The position numbers were made by a program, and so were the translations under genes. The notes beneath the pieces are model-generated. The model saw nothing but the letters and a program-made list of their open reading frames with translations, was not told the origin of the DNA and made no database searches. Of a DNA stretch of 64,000 nucleotides, positions 1-10,100 are shown one piece after another. How positions within the stretch are numbered: position 1 is the first letter of the stretch; each line of letters begins with the position of its first letter. Source of the DNA: an uncultured Candidatus Saccharibacteria bacterium (lineage in GTDB: Bacteria > Patescibacteriota > Saccharimonadia > CAILAD01 > BJGX01); assembly GCA_964425715.1 (NCBI GenBank), contig CAYRNO010000002.1, positions 5,443 through 69,442 on the forward strand, in the 5' to 3' direction.

Positions 1-529
1 CACCAGGCAAGGCGATAGCACGCTTGATAAAAAAAGTTTCTGGAGAATTGGGGTATCGAAATACAAGCACATCACCACGTTTGATATCCATATTCTTTTG
101 CCCAAATAATTTTGCAACATTGTATGAAGTAAGGGGTATCTTGGATATTATCAGATAATCTTCATTACGAAAGTCAGGCTCCATACTACTGCCAGACACA
201 TAGAATGCTTGGAAAATAAAATTCTGAATGATTAGGACTATGGCTATGGTTACACCAGCCCATATCAATAGCTCCTTAAATATTGAGCGCTTTTTTTCAG
301 GTTCAAAATCTTGTGATGCATCATTTTCTTGGATCGTAGACTCATTTATATTTTCGATATCAGAATTGTATTGGTCTGTGTCGTGCTGTAATTGGTTAGC
401 GCGATTCTGTTCGGCTTGAATCTGCTCAGGTGTTTGAGGCTTTACTGTTTGACCGGGTTCAAGAACTTGATGCGTAGAATTGTTGTCCTCCGACTCGATG
501 GATTGGTTGGGGTCTGTGCTATTTTTCAT
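1..529 (-). CDS. lepB: signal peptidase I (S26 family), C-terminal part cut by window edge
   Basis: Not in the ORF track because it runs off the window. Reverse-strand translation from ATG 529-527 gives MKNSTDPNQS..., a TM helix IWAGVTIAIVLIIQNFIF, the catalytic-Ser box VSGSSMEPDF, then GDVLVFRYP...FIKRAIALPG. This is the typical signal peptidase I pattern. Confidence 0.8.
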   Translation of the reverse strand, partial: MKNSTDPNQSIESEDNNSTHQVLEPGQTVKPQTPEQIQAEQNRANQLQHDTDQYNSDIENINESTIQENDASQDFEPEKKRSIFKELLIWAGVTIAIVLIIQNFIFQAFYVSGSSMEPDFRNEDYLIISKIPLTSYNVAKLFGQKNMDIKRGDVLVFRYPNSPETFFIKRAIALPG

Positions 530-672
530 CTTTTATAGATTATACGATGGTTTAGCTTGCTACCACAAGCAACAAGTCTAGAACAAGCTCATATTAACGC
601 ATTATTTGAGTTATAATAAATTGATGCTGACGTTTTTAATGTACAATTTACTTGGATTAGCTATATAGAATT

Positions 673-2031
673 ATGACTACAGATTCGTATTCACCCAATC
701 ATGATCTATCTCCTAGACCAAAGCGAAAACGAGTTTGGCTTCGCGTTTTGCTGGCTGTAATTGTAATATTAGCCATTATCGCAGGGTTGATAGGCTATCG
801 ACTTTATAGATCATACAACAAAGTATTGGTAAAGAATCTAGGGTCTTCGGCTGTTGGGCTAAAAAGTGAAGCAGTAGAGCCTGAAAAACTCAAGGGCGAA
901 GGAGAAGGACGTATTAATATCTTGCTATTAGGTGTGGGCGATGCCGGTCACGCCGGTGAGCAACTTAGCGACACTATGATAGTAGCTAGCTATGATCCAG
1001 CAACCAAAGATACTGCTATGCTAAGCATACCGCGTGATATGTACGTAAAAATCCCAGGTGAAGGTTATTCTAGGATAAATAATGCACATGCTTTTGGAGA
1101 GCAACTCAAAGATGGTGGTGGACCAGAGCTTGCAAAAAGAACAGTATCAGAATTCTTGGGCATACCTATCCATTATTATTTACGTACGGATTTTTCTGCC
1201 CTAAAACAAGCCGTGGATTTGGTAGGTGGAGTAGATGTCAAGGTTGAACAAAATCTAACTGATCCTGAATATCCTTGTGAAAAGAATGAAAATATTTCTT
1301 GCGGGTTTAGTATCATGGCGGGCCAACAGCATTTCAATGGTAGTGCGGCTCTAAAATACGCTAGATGCAGAAAGGGTGATTGCGGAGATGATTACGGTCG
1401 TGCCAAAAGACAACAAGATATCTTAGTCGCATTAAGAGAGAAGGCAAATGCGCAAAATATACTGACAAATCCTATCAAGATAAATGAACTGTTGAGTATT
1501 GTGGGGAATAATGTGCGTACCGATCTGGCTGCTTGGGAGATAGAACGATTGAGCAAAATACTCAAAGATATAGATCCGACCTTTATCAATTCTAAGGTCA
1601 TTGATAACAAAACCTCCCAACTCGTCACGGACTCCAATATTGGTGGTGCCAGTGTAGTAGTTCCAATTGCAGGTGTTGGCAATCACAAAGCGATTCAGGC
1701 CTATGTAAGGACAATATTTGCTGATGGCTATATCAAAAAAGAAGCTGCTACCATTGGGCTATTAAACGGTACCAAAACTACCAACCTTACAAATCTAGTA
1801 TCACAGGAGTTAAAAAGTTATAATTACAATATAGTCACATCTGGCCCTGCCGAGACAACTACCGTCAAAACAACCCAGATAATTGACTATAGCGGAGGTA
1901 AGAAGCCGTATACTGTATCGCTTCTGGAAAAGCGTTTGGGTGTAAAGGCTACAATAGCTCAACCTGATCCAAACGTCCCTCCTGCAACTGATATTCAAAT
2001 AATAATTGGAGCTGATTATAAAACTTCGTGA
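673..2031 (+). CDS. LytR-CpsA-Psr (LCP) family cell-envelope glycopolymer transferase
   Basis: N-terminal TM helix, then the LCP core INILLLGVGDAGHAGEQLSDTMIVASYDP...LSIPRDMYV...INNAHAFG, with a C-terminal LytR_C-like extension. Confidence 0.8.
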   Translation: MTTDSYSPNHDLSPRPKRKRVWLRVLLAVIVILAIIAGLIGYRLYRSYNKVLVKNLGSSAVGLKSEAVEPEKLKGEGEGRINILLLGVGDAGHAGEQLSDTMIVASYDPATKDTAMLSIPRDMYVKIPGEGYSRINNAHAFGEQLKDGGGPELAKRTVSEFLGIPIHYYLRTDFSALKQAVDLVGGVDVKVEQNLTDPEYPCEKNENISCGFSIMAGQQHFNGSAALKYARCRKGDCGDDYGRAKRQQDILVALREKANAQNILTNPIKINELLSIVGNNVRTDLAAWEIERLSKILKDIDPTFINSKVIDNKTSQLVTDSNIGGASVVVPIAGVGNHKAIQAYVRTIFADGYIKKEAATIGLLNGTKTTNLTNLVSQELKSYNYNIVTSGPAETTTVKTTQIIDYSGGKKPYTVSLLEKRLGVKATIAQPDPNVPPATDIQIIIGADYKTS

Positions 2032-2827
2032 TCAACTAAAAAGAATAGAGATATTTACCCACGACCAAAGATTGGGAGTTTTTGGTAGTGTGATTATTAC
2101 AGTACTTGCAATAGGAATCATGTATTATACCCCATTCCAGCTATTGATATTACCTATAGTCTTAGTGGTAAATTATTTTCTACTGTCCAAGATATTGGTC
2201 AATCGAAAACAATCGCACATTATCACCAGACTTATCAGACCCAGTCTGTGGCTTTTGATACTTTATGGATACATATTTACAATCCATATCATATTTCTAA
2301 TACCAATATTGTGGTTTGTAGTAGCCTGTATAGTGATTGGTCTGGGTTATTATGGTATCTTGCTGCAAGAATTCACTAGTAAACCGAATGTCATACTAAA
2401 TAATATATTACAAATAATTCTTCTAATCTTTGGAGTTAGCTTTGCTAGTCTTGCGTTAGCTTACTGGCACTGGTCTACGGTTATAGTGATGGCAGTTTTG
2501 TGGTTGAGTGTATTGTATTTAGCAATAACGTGGCTTATCAGCTTCACCAATAAGCCATATATCATAGCATCTATCTGGGCTCTTATAGTAGTGGAAATAT
2601 TTTGGATAACTAGTCGTTGGATCAATCTTTATCACATTCCAAAGACTTCGTTACTAGTAAGTCAATCTGCGCTTATCGTCGGGGCGTTGGGGTATGGATT
2701 TGGTGGATTGTATTTTCATTACAAGAACAAGACGCTCAAACTAACTTTAATTTTTGAATATATTTTGGTCACAGCCGTAGTGTTTATGGCGTTAATGCTA
2801 CTAAGTAAATGGTCTGTAGCTGTTTAA
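2006..2827 (+). CDS. polytopic membrane protein, unknown function
   Basis: ORF-track ORF with 7-8 hydrophobic helices and no recognisable motif. The TTG start overlaps the LCP gene by 26 nt, so the true start may lie further downstream. Confidence 0.55.
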   Translation: MELIIKLRDQLKRIEIFTHDQRLGVFGSVIITVLAIGIMYYTPFQLLILPIVLVVNYFLLSKILVNRKQSHIITRLIRPSLWLLILYGYIFTIHIIFLIPILWFVVACIVIGLGYYGILLQEFTSKPNVILNNILQIILLIFGVSFASLALAYWHWSTVIVMAVLWLSVLYLAITWLISFTNKPYIIASIWALIVVEIFWITSRWINLYHIPKTSLLVSQSALIVGALGYGFGGLYFHYKNKTLKLTLIFEYILVTAVVFMALMLLSKWSVAV

Positions 2828-2845
2828 CATATTTTATTTAATCTT

Positions 2846-4003
2846 ATGACTAACCCATCAAAAACTACCAAAATCAATAAAACGCACAAGAACTCTTTAA
2901 ACCCCGCGCTAGTCGGAGGTGTTATTGTATTATCTGTAGTATTTGGGTTTCTAGGAGCATTTTTATACTCGTGGTGGTCATCACGAACTACTACTAGTCT
3001 AGGCATGGCTCAAAGTAAAAATATAGTCATCAATGAACAGAACGCTACTATTGAGATTGCGAAGAAAGTTGGACCAAGTGTAGTCAGTATCACGACGAAT
3101 GCGACTGCTCGGGATATATTTGGACGGTCAAGGCAGCAACAAGGAGCTGGTACGGGAATCATTATTTCCAAAGATGGGTTAATTTTGACAAACAAGCATG
3201 TTGTAGAAGATGGTAATTCATTTGAGGTAGTAACATCTGATGGTAAGTCTTACAAGGATGTAAAATTGATAGCCAAAGATCCAGTCAATGACATTGCTTT
3301 TCTAAGAGTTGGAGGAGCCAATGATTTTAAGCCAGCCGAAATAGGAGATAGCTCCAAGATGCAAGTAGGGTCTTTTGTAGTGGCTATAGGTAATGCACTG
3401 GGCCAATATCAAAATACTGTTACTACTGGAGTAATTTCGGGCAAGAGCCGCCCAATAATCGCATCGGACGATGCGGGGTCAGAAAGTTTGCAAAACCTAT
3501 TCCAAACTGATGCTGCAATCAATCCCGGTAATTCTGGAGGCCCCCTGGTGAATATAGATGGGCAAGTGATAGGCATTAATACCGCTGTAGCAGGTCAGGG
3601 CTCTGAAAACATTGGGTTTGCTATACCCATCAATGAAGCTATCAAGGATATCCGGTCTGTTACTGATAATGGTAAAATCAACAGAGCATACTTAGGCGTA
3701 AGATACGTTATTTTGGATGCAGAATCAGCCAAGGTCAATAATTTGGCTGTGGAAAGTGGGGCTTATATAGCTACCTCACAGAGTGGTGAGAGCGGTGTAA
3801 TAGCAGGAAGTCCGGCTGACAAGGCTGGCTTGAAATCAGGTGATATTATATTAAAGATTGATAATCAAACTATCGATGCGAACAATAGCTTATCTACACT
3901 TATCGGACAAAAATCTTCAGGGGACAAGGTGACTTTGATAATTTATAGAGATGGCAAGGAGCAAAAGATCGAAGCTACCCTAGCCGAAGCACCACAGGAA
4001 TAA
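2846..4003 (+). CDS. HtrA/DegP-like serine protease with C-terminal PDZ domain
   Basis: N-terminal TM anchor. Trypsin-fold triad contexts are TNKHVV (His), DIAFLRV (Asp) and GNSGGPLVN (Ser). A PDZ-like tail follows (GLKSGDIILKIDNQ). Confidence 0.85.
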   Translation: MTNPSKTTKINKTHKNSLNPALVGGVIVLSVVFGFLGAFLYSWWSSRTTTSLGMAQSKNIVINEQNATIEIAKKVGPSVVSITTNATARDIFGRSRQQQGAGTGIIISKDGLILTNKHVVEDGNSFEVVTSDGKSYKDVKLIAKDPVNDIAFLRVGGANDFKPAEIGDSSKMQVGSFVVAIGNALGQYQNTVTTGVISGKSRPIIASDDAGSESLQNLFQTDAAINPGNSGGPLVNIDGQVIGINTAVAGQGSENIGFAIPINEAIKDIRSVTDNGKINRAYLGVRYVILDAESAKVNNLAVESGAYIATSQSGESGVIAGSPADKAGLKSGDIILKIDNQTIDANNSLSTLIGQKSSGDKVTLIIYRDGKEQKIEATLAEAPQE

Positions 4004-4037
4004 CTATTAAATTTTATCACCAATTACAATCGGTGAA

Positions 4038-4856
4038 TTATAACTTTTTAAAACCTAATATAAAATAGTCTTCAAGTATCGATGATAAATTGGCGGATTT
4101 TGTTAGCTTGATCAGTGCTTCGTGCTGCCACGGATCTGACTCGTGATAAACCATACTTCCAGGTTTGATGTAATCAGGAAGTTGCTTGTAGAACTTACGA
4201 TACAGGTCAAGTCCATCCCCAGAACCACCATATAGAGCTACTGCGGGCTCTTTCTTTACCTCGGGCTTCATGTTGTCAATATTGTCTAGTGAAACGTAGG
4301 GCAGATTGGTTACTACTGTTTCATATACACCTTCAACTTCATTAAACAGGTCTGACTTTATAAACTTGATACTGTGATGCTTGATGAGGTTGGATGCATT
4401 TTGTGTCGCTACATCTAGTGCGTCTTGAGAGATCTCAGTGGCAGTAATCTCTAGATCAGGCCTCTCTTTAGCTATACTTATCGCAATAGCACCTGAGCCC
4501 GTACCGATATCGATGAGCCTGGAATGTTTAGGCGCAGATTTGATTGCATTCTCGACAATCGTTTCTGTTTCTACTCGTGGAGCAAGTACGCGCTCATCTA
4601 TAAAGAAATTGTTACCGTAAAATTCGATACTATTGGTTATATAGCAAACAGGTTCTCTATCAATACGGCGTGAAATACACCGCTCAAACTTAGTAGTTTC
4701 ACGGCTAGTAAGTACATATTCTGGATTTGCTAATAGAAATTCTCGACTTTTACCCAGAACATGTGACAGCAACAACTGTGCATCTAGTAGAAATGAAGCT
4801 ATGTCTTTTTCACGCAGTTTATCATGAGCAGACTCAAGTGTCTTTCGAATGTTCAT
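4038..4856 (-). CDS. prmC: release-factor glutamine N5-methyltransferase
   Basis: SAM-binding motif IDIGTGSGAIAI and an NPPY-type motif VTNLPYV. Its start overlaps the stop of prfA by 4 nt, the classic prfA-prmC arrangement. Confidence 0.8.
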   Translation of the reverse strand: MNIRKTLESAHDKLREKDIASFLLDAQLLLSHVLGKSREFLLANPEYVLTSRETTKFERCISRRIDREPVCYITNSIEFYGNNFFIDERVLAPRVETETIVENAIKSAPKHSRLIDIGTGSGAIAISIAKERPDLEITATEISQDALDVATQNASNLIKHHSIKFIKSDLFNEVEGVYETVVTNLPYVSLDNIDNMKPEVKKEPAVALYGGSGDGLDLYRKFYKQLPDYIKPGSMVYHESDPWQHEALIKLTKSANLSSILEDYFILGFKKL

Positions 4857-5920
4857 TTAGATTCATAGGTATCTAGATTTTTTTGTATCTCGCTATTTCG
4901 CAGTGCTTCAAATAGTACATCTAGATCTCCATCAATTATCTTTTGTAGTCCATGCGTGGTGAAGTTGATACGATGATCGGTCACTCTATCTTGCGGATAA
5001 TTGTAGGTGCGGATTTTTTCAGAACGATCTCCGGTGCCAATTTGGGATTTGCGTGTATCGCTGAGTTGCTTTTCTTCTTCTTGCATGCGCATATCAAGCA
5101 GTCTTGAGCGTAGTACATTCATGGCCTTGAGTTTGTTCTTGAGCTGAGATTTCTCGTCTTGGCAAGTTGCTACTATACCGGTAGGTAAGTGGGTGATGCG
5201 TACGGCGCTATCTGTAGTATTTACGCTTTGTCCACCATGACCACCCGAGCGAAATACATCGATCCTTAGATCATTCGGGTTGATTTCTACATCGGATTCT
5301 TCGGCTTCGGGAAGCACTGCAACAGTGGCAGTGCTGGTATGAATACGACCAGCACTTTCGGTGGCGGGTATTCTTTGGACTCGATGAACTCCTGATTCGT
5401 ATTTGAGTCTCCCATAAGCATTTTCACCACTTATCTGAACTATCACTTCTTTGTACCCGCCAGAAGTATTACTACTTTCACTCAATAGCTCGGAACGTAA
5501 TCCATGTGTTTCAGCATATCTAAGATACATCCTCAATAAATCACCGGTAAAAATACTTGATTCATCACCGCCTGCCCCCGCTCGAATTTCAATAATTGCA
5601 TTCTTGTGTTCGTTGGGATCGACTGGTAAAATGGCAACTTTGACTTTGCCTTCTAGCTCAGCAAGCTTGGGCTCTAATTGTTCGATGGTTTCTTGAGCTA
5701 TCTGTTTCATCTCTGGATCATTCAACATAGCCTTGGCTTCACCTAGCTCATCGCTCGTTTTTTTGAGCTCTACAAATAGCGCCAACTTATCATTTAAGTC
5801 TCTTTGAGATGCTACCAATACCGCACTTTTGGAGCTGGTATATACTTGGGGGTCAGCTAACTTAGCTTCAATTTCTTGCAGCTGGGCTTTGACTTCGTTT
5901 ATTTTTTCATCATTTATCAT
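4853..5920 (-). CDS. prfA: peptide chain release factor 1
   Basis: GGQ motif in RSGGHGGQSVNTTDSAVRITHLPTG, and an RF1-type tripeptide PAT in QRIPATESAGRIHTS. Confidence 0.95.
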   Translation of the reverse strand: MINDEKINEVKAQLQEIEAKLADPQVYTSSKSAVLVASQRDLNDKLALFVELKKTSDELGEAKAMLNDPEMKQIAQETIEQLEPKLAELEGKVKVAILPVDPNEHKNAIIEIRAGAGGDESSIFTGDLLRMYLRYAETHGLRSELLSESSNTSGGYKEVIVQISGENAYGRLKYESGVHRVQRIPATESAGRIHTSTATVAVLPEAEESDVEINPNDLRIDVFRSGGHGGQSVNTTDSAVRITHLPTGIVATCQDEKSQLKNKLKAMNVLRSRLLDMRMQEEEKQLSDTRKSQIGTGDRSEKIRTYNYPQDRVTDHRINFTTHGLQKIIDGDLDVLFEALRNSEIQKNLDTYESK

Positions 5921-5933
5921 ATTCGTATAATTT

Positions 5934-5972
5934 AAAAAACTGCTCTTATTATATATAGCCAGAGCAGTTTTT
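5934..5972 (-). terminator. intrinsic terminator downstream of rpmE
   Basis: Stem CTGCTCT (5940-5946) pairs with AGAGCAG (5961-5967). It is flanked by an A-run and a T-run, so on the minus strand the hairpin is followed by TTTTTT. Confidence 0.7.
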
Positions 5973-5983
5973 TATAGTTTTAG

Positions 5984-6337
5984 TTATTTTTCTGTTTTGT
6001 CTTTAGACTTTTGATCTTTTTTGATCTCAGTGGTGTTCTTTTCGCTAATTTCAGTCTCTGCTTTGAGCATAGCAGCAGCTTCTTTTTTGCTAAGCGCTTT
6101 TACAGCTTTTTTAGTAAGTGCGTCTTTTTTGGATTCAGCAGCGGCTCGCTTGGCCTTGAATCGATCTACGCGCCCAGCGGTATCTACTAGCTTTTGTTTG
6201 CCTGTATAGAAAGGATGACAGCTACTGCAAACATCTACATTCATTTCAGCAACAGTTGATTTTGAATCAAAAGTAGCCCCGCAACCACTACAGGTGACTT
6301 TGGTATCTATATAGTCTGGGTGAATCTTGGTTTTCAT
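5984..6337 (-). CDS. rpmE: 50S ribosomal protein L31 (Zn-ribbon type) with Lys/Ala-rich C-terminal extension
   Basis: MKTKIHPDY..., paired CxxC motifs (CSGC, CSSC) and HPFYTGKQK. About 50 extra K/A/E-rich residues follow the conserved core. Confidence 0.9.
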   Translation of the reverse strand: MKTKIHPDYIDTKVTCSGCGATFDSKSTVAEMNVDVCSSCHPFYTGKQKLVDTAGRVDRFKAKRAAAESKKDALTKKAVKALSKKEAAAMLKAETEISEKNTTEIKKDQKSKDKTEK

Positions 6338-6346
6338 GTAATCAAT

Positions 6347-6375
6347 ATAATAGCATTAAGTGGTATTAAATACAA
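6347..6375 (-). promoter_or_regulatory. sigma70-type promoter of rpmE (TTGTAT-17-TATTAT); near-leaderless
   Basis: On the minus strand the -35 is TTGTAT (6375-6370), the spacer is 17 nt and the -10 is TATTAT (6352-6347). Only 9 nt separate the -10 from ATG 6337, and there is no SD. Confidence 0.5.
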
Positions 6376-6384
6376 GCCTTAAAC

Positions 6385-7022
6385 GTGAAGAGAGCCCCGA
6401 CAAAAATCGGAGCCCTTATGAACTGTGTAGCAAAGTGGTGACCCTCTCGGGTTCGGGAGTCCCGAGAGGTTTGCCGAAGCAATGTCACCCAATCCAATTC
6501 AATTTATTGCAATACGTTACCCAATATTGCAATTGCTAATGTGTCGTTTACCCGAGTATATCACCCAATCTCCTTTCGGAGAATGGTGCCGCGAACGACA
6601 GCGCGGAGTCAGACCACTAGCACCATGCTAGCCTTGGGTGACTAACCCTTGGTACACGGATCGCAGTAGCGATCGGTATGGTGAGAAGCGGGTGCTCCGG
6701 TGGACGGCGGATCCGGTCCGGAGCACCCTTCGCAGGTATCGTACCCTTTGGTAGGGCAAGCTGGCCGGGGCGGGCCGGCTTGGGTCGGCGTCGGGAGGAT
6801 CCCGAGCACTCTAGATACCTGCGCGAAGTGGTGTGATACGGGTCGAGATTTTGTGCTCTCAACCATCCAGTCACAGGGACTGTTAACTACGTCGCTCCAA
6901 AGGAGTTTTTCTCACGTAGTCCAATATCACAATTGTTGCCATTTTGTGGCACTCACCATCGAGAATATGTATACTTTTCTCTCTGCAGTGAGTGCCACAA
7001 AAGGCACTATTTGTAAGGTACC
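6385..7022 (-). ncRNA. large structured noncoding RNA, class unassigned
   Basis: A perfect minus-strand promoter lies just upstream. The core is GC-rich (38/60 G+C at 6701-6760) in an AT-rich genome. It contains many perfect helices, and UUCG (6471-6482) and GAAA (6569-6582) tetraloops appear only when it is read on the minus strand. Long-range complementary 9-mers occur at 6732-6740 and 6814-6822, and an 11-bp helix pairs 6690-6700 with 6718-6728. A terminal hairpin sits at 6392-6415. The ORFs predicted here are Arg/Pro-rich nonsense. The ends are approximate. Confidence 0.65.
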
Positions 7023-7027
7023 GCTAC

Positions 7028-7056
7028 ATTATAGCAAACATTAGCGTTATTGTCAA
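7028..7056 (-). promoter_or_regulatory. consensus sigma70 promoter (TTGACA-17-TATAAT) driving the large ncRNA
   Basis: On the minus strand TTGACA is at 7056-7051, the spacer is exactly 17 nt and TATAAT is at 7033-7028. Both hexamers are perfect. The predicted TSS is near 7021. Confidence 0.7.
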
Positions 7057-7184
7057 GTATATATTTGTGTATATTTGTATCATCAAAACACTATAAAAAT
7101 TGTTATATACATCAAGCTTAAGTATAATAATAAATGATAATCAATAATTCTATATCATAGAAATGAATTTCTTTAATCTACTAT

Positions 7185-10100
7185 ATGAAAAAAAGTAAAC
7201 CCAATTCTAACGGTATAGATATCCATGCCAAACACAAAAAAAAGGCTATAAAGCTCAATTTTTTACTTATAATCCTGTCTACACTTCTGTTTGGTTCATT
7301 AGCTATACTTACTTACTTGTTTGTACAGACAGAGAGCGCCAAGATTGATGCCAAAAACGCTCTTCAACAACAAGTAGAACTAGGTAATGCCAATGTAGTG
7401 AGTTATGTTACGGGGTATGAAAGATTCTTGCAGGTGTATAGAGCCAATCAATTGGAATTTTTGGCAATTATTATCATTGTCATAACAGGTACAGTATTCC
7501 TGATAGTGTATTTATACAAAGATCGTAAGCAAAGAAAATATCACAAACATCACTTCGAAAAATCTCATCACAATGAGCCGAAGCCCAATAAGATTCATAC
7601 TATTAGCAAGTATCGTGCTCCTTGGGAAAATATCTGGCTATTATTAGGCGGAGTATTGGTAGTAGCCCTGATAGGTATATTGGTCTTGAGGATTTCTCGG
7701 GCAAGTGATGAGATAGTACAAAATACTGCAAATCTAGAATCCTCAGCGCTTGAAGCTCAAGGGTACAAAAAGATCATATCATCAGCTGGATTTAGCCTGA
7801 TATACAACTTCAATCTATTGGATACTACGGCACAAACAACACCGGATAGTCAGCCTATTAGCTCACAAGAGCTATCAAAGGTTTCGGACTATACCATAGT
7901 CAAGATTTCTCCTAGTGAAGCTGATAGTGCATCATTAACTAGTACTAGTAGTGTACAGAATGCTGATCTGAAGTTTGAGACTACTGCTGATAAGGGCTTT
8001 TTCGACTCAGCAAAAACTCAATATGGCAATCTTAGTCAAGTAGAATTGGCAATTAGACATTTCGCACCCAAGAATGATGCCAATAATTTCGTAGAGAAAA
8101 CCAGCCAAACTGAGATAGAGATATCAGGTATCAAATATCAGGCGGTTGAGTATAAAATCGTAAATACCGAGTACGTGACCACCACTAGCAAGCTTACCCA
8201 ATATGTTGTAGTGGTGAATAATCAGCCTTTTTCGATTAGTCTGAGTGAATCAAGTCAGTCCATTCCTTCTCAGGTGCAATTGCTGCGCAATGTAATATCT
8301 TCAGTCAAATATGGAAGTGTTGCAGAGTTGAGCAGTAATACTAAACCACGACTTTCCAATGTTGCATATGCTGCCGAAGATAAGGGAGGGACTCAAACAA
8401 ATCCGGAAATATTGTCTCAATCTACAACCAATGTTCCAACGACATTGGTCAACGATACAGCATTGCTAGTTGTAGCCAAAAATCAACCAACGGTTGTTAG
8501 AGTAGGCACCAATACCTGTATGAATATCGATTTATTATTGCCAAATGGTCAAGTCGGATATTCGGCCAAAAATGCCTGCAATGCAGTGGTGGGTAGCGGC
8601 TCTATCATATCAAGCGATGGCTATATATCTACCAATGGTCATGTAGTATCAGATATTCCAGAGCTTGTTCTTCAGACATTTCTTAGTCTCAATACAGATA
8701 CAGCCAACCTCAGATCATATCTGCAGTATTTGGTAGATACAGGGGTGCTTACCAAGCCTCAGCTAGAAGCTTTGGCGCGACAGATTGCTGCCGGCAATAA
8801 ACAGGCAATTGAGAAATTCCTATCTACTACGTCCAAAATAAGTCCAGACAAGTACAAAACTAGTTCGGTTGATCGAAAATTCGTCATTCAGCTAAGCAAT
8901 GATCCTATAAAGGCTGAAGTCAACAAGACGGTAATAACAATACCTACCAGTGATACTAAGGTATCTGCTCAGCTCATAGATAAAGACTTTGATGAGCAAA
9001 CACTCAGACAATCTCTTATTGCAAATATCAAAGATCTCAAGACATCAGATGTAGCTATCCTCAAGCTTGATAGTGGAAGTAATTATCCTATCTCTACACT
9101 AGGTAGCCTGAATGAACAAAACAAATCCAACCCCAATAGTGGTAGTACCGTACTGGTAACTGCAATGGGTTTTCCGGGATTCATTGATGGCGGCTTGACT
9201 ACCAAGAAAAATACTACTATCCCATCTGCTACACAGGGAAAAGTCCTGGGGGTTGAGAGCATCGCCGAGAACAAATATCGTCTTATAGCTACAAATGTGC
9301 CAGCAGCTCAGGGTAATTCCGGAGGACCTGCTTTTGCCGAAGATGGCAGTATTATAGGGCTTGTGACTTATGTCGATCCAGGTGCTAGTGCTAAGTCTGG
9401 CAAAGAAAGCTTCGCAACTTCGAGTATTTTGCGTGATGTCAGTGATGTCAAATCGCTTCTTGAGAAGAACAATATTACTCTCAATACCAGTAGTACCGTA
9501 GACAGCACCTGGGATCAAGGAATTGAGAAATTCTCCAATGCTCACTACAAATCCGCCAATCAGCTCTTTACCAAGGCCAAGGCTGAGTATCCGGCCAATT
9601 ATCTAGCAGCTCAGCTTAGCTCTGTCGCAGAAGCTAAAATTGCTGCTGGTCTCGATGTACCAGAAATATCTCCAATGATTTCCGTATTGGTATTGTTATT
9701 TATAATTCTCTTGATTGTAGGGCTAGTAATAGTAATCATTATGACCGTAAGACATCGTAAGAAGGCCAAATCACTTCCGCCGTTACCTGATCAACCAATC
9801 AATACAAACGCTTCTATACAGCCCCCTGTAACTAATTCAACTGTTTATACTCCGAATACTACTGAGAATCCACCACCTCAACCTTCACAGATGACACCTA
9901 TTAGCGATTCATCCGTATCTCAAGGTCCGGCGATTGGGGCCAATATATCTATGAACCCTGCAGTCTCAATGTCCATCCCAGCTCCATCGGCTCAGGAGGC
10001 GGCTCAACAACAAACACCTCCAATCACCAATTCTGATTTGCAACATCCCAATACCTCGACATCAACTAGGCCACCAAATCCAAGCAATACCACTCTAGAC

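Noticed and set aside
6385-7022. Assigning the structured RNA to tmRNA, RNase P RNA, SRP RNA or a riboswitch.
   Set aside because: I could not find the diagnostic elements on either strand.
- tmRNA: no GGTTCGAnTCC T-arm with an ACCA end. The only TTCG-containing hairpin has a 9-nt loop. AND-type tag-like frames end atypically (VNDTLAIAILGNVLQ* and ANDSAESDH*).
- RNase P: no GGAAAGTCC and no ACAGAA-CCGGCTTA.
- SRP RNA: no GGAA/AGCA domain IV.

The class is left unassigned, pending a covariance-model search.
6617-7044. Three ORFs (85, 74 and 114 aa) inside the GC-rich intergenic region.
   Set aside because: They overlap each other on both strands, lack SD sequences and translate to Arg/Pro/Gly-rich strings. 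The region is better explained as a structured RNA, given the perfect promoter, the tetraloops and the long-range pairings.
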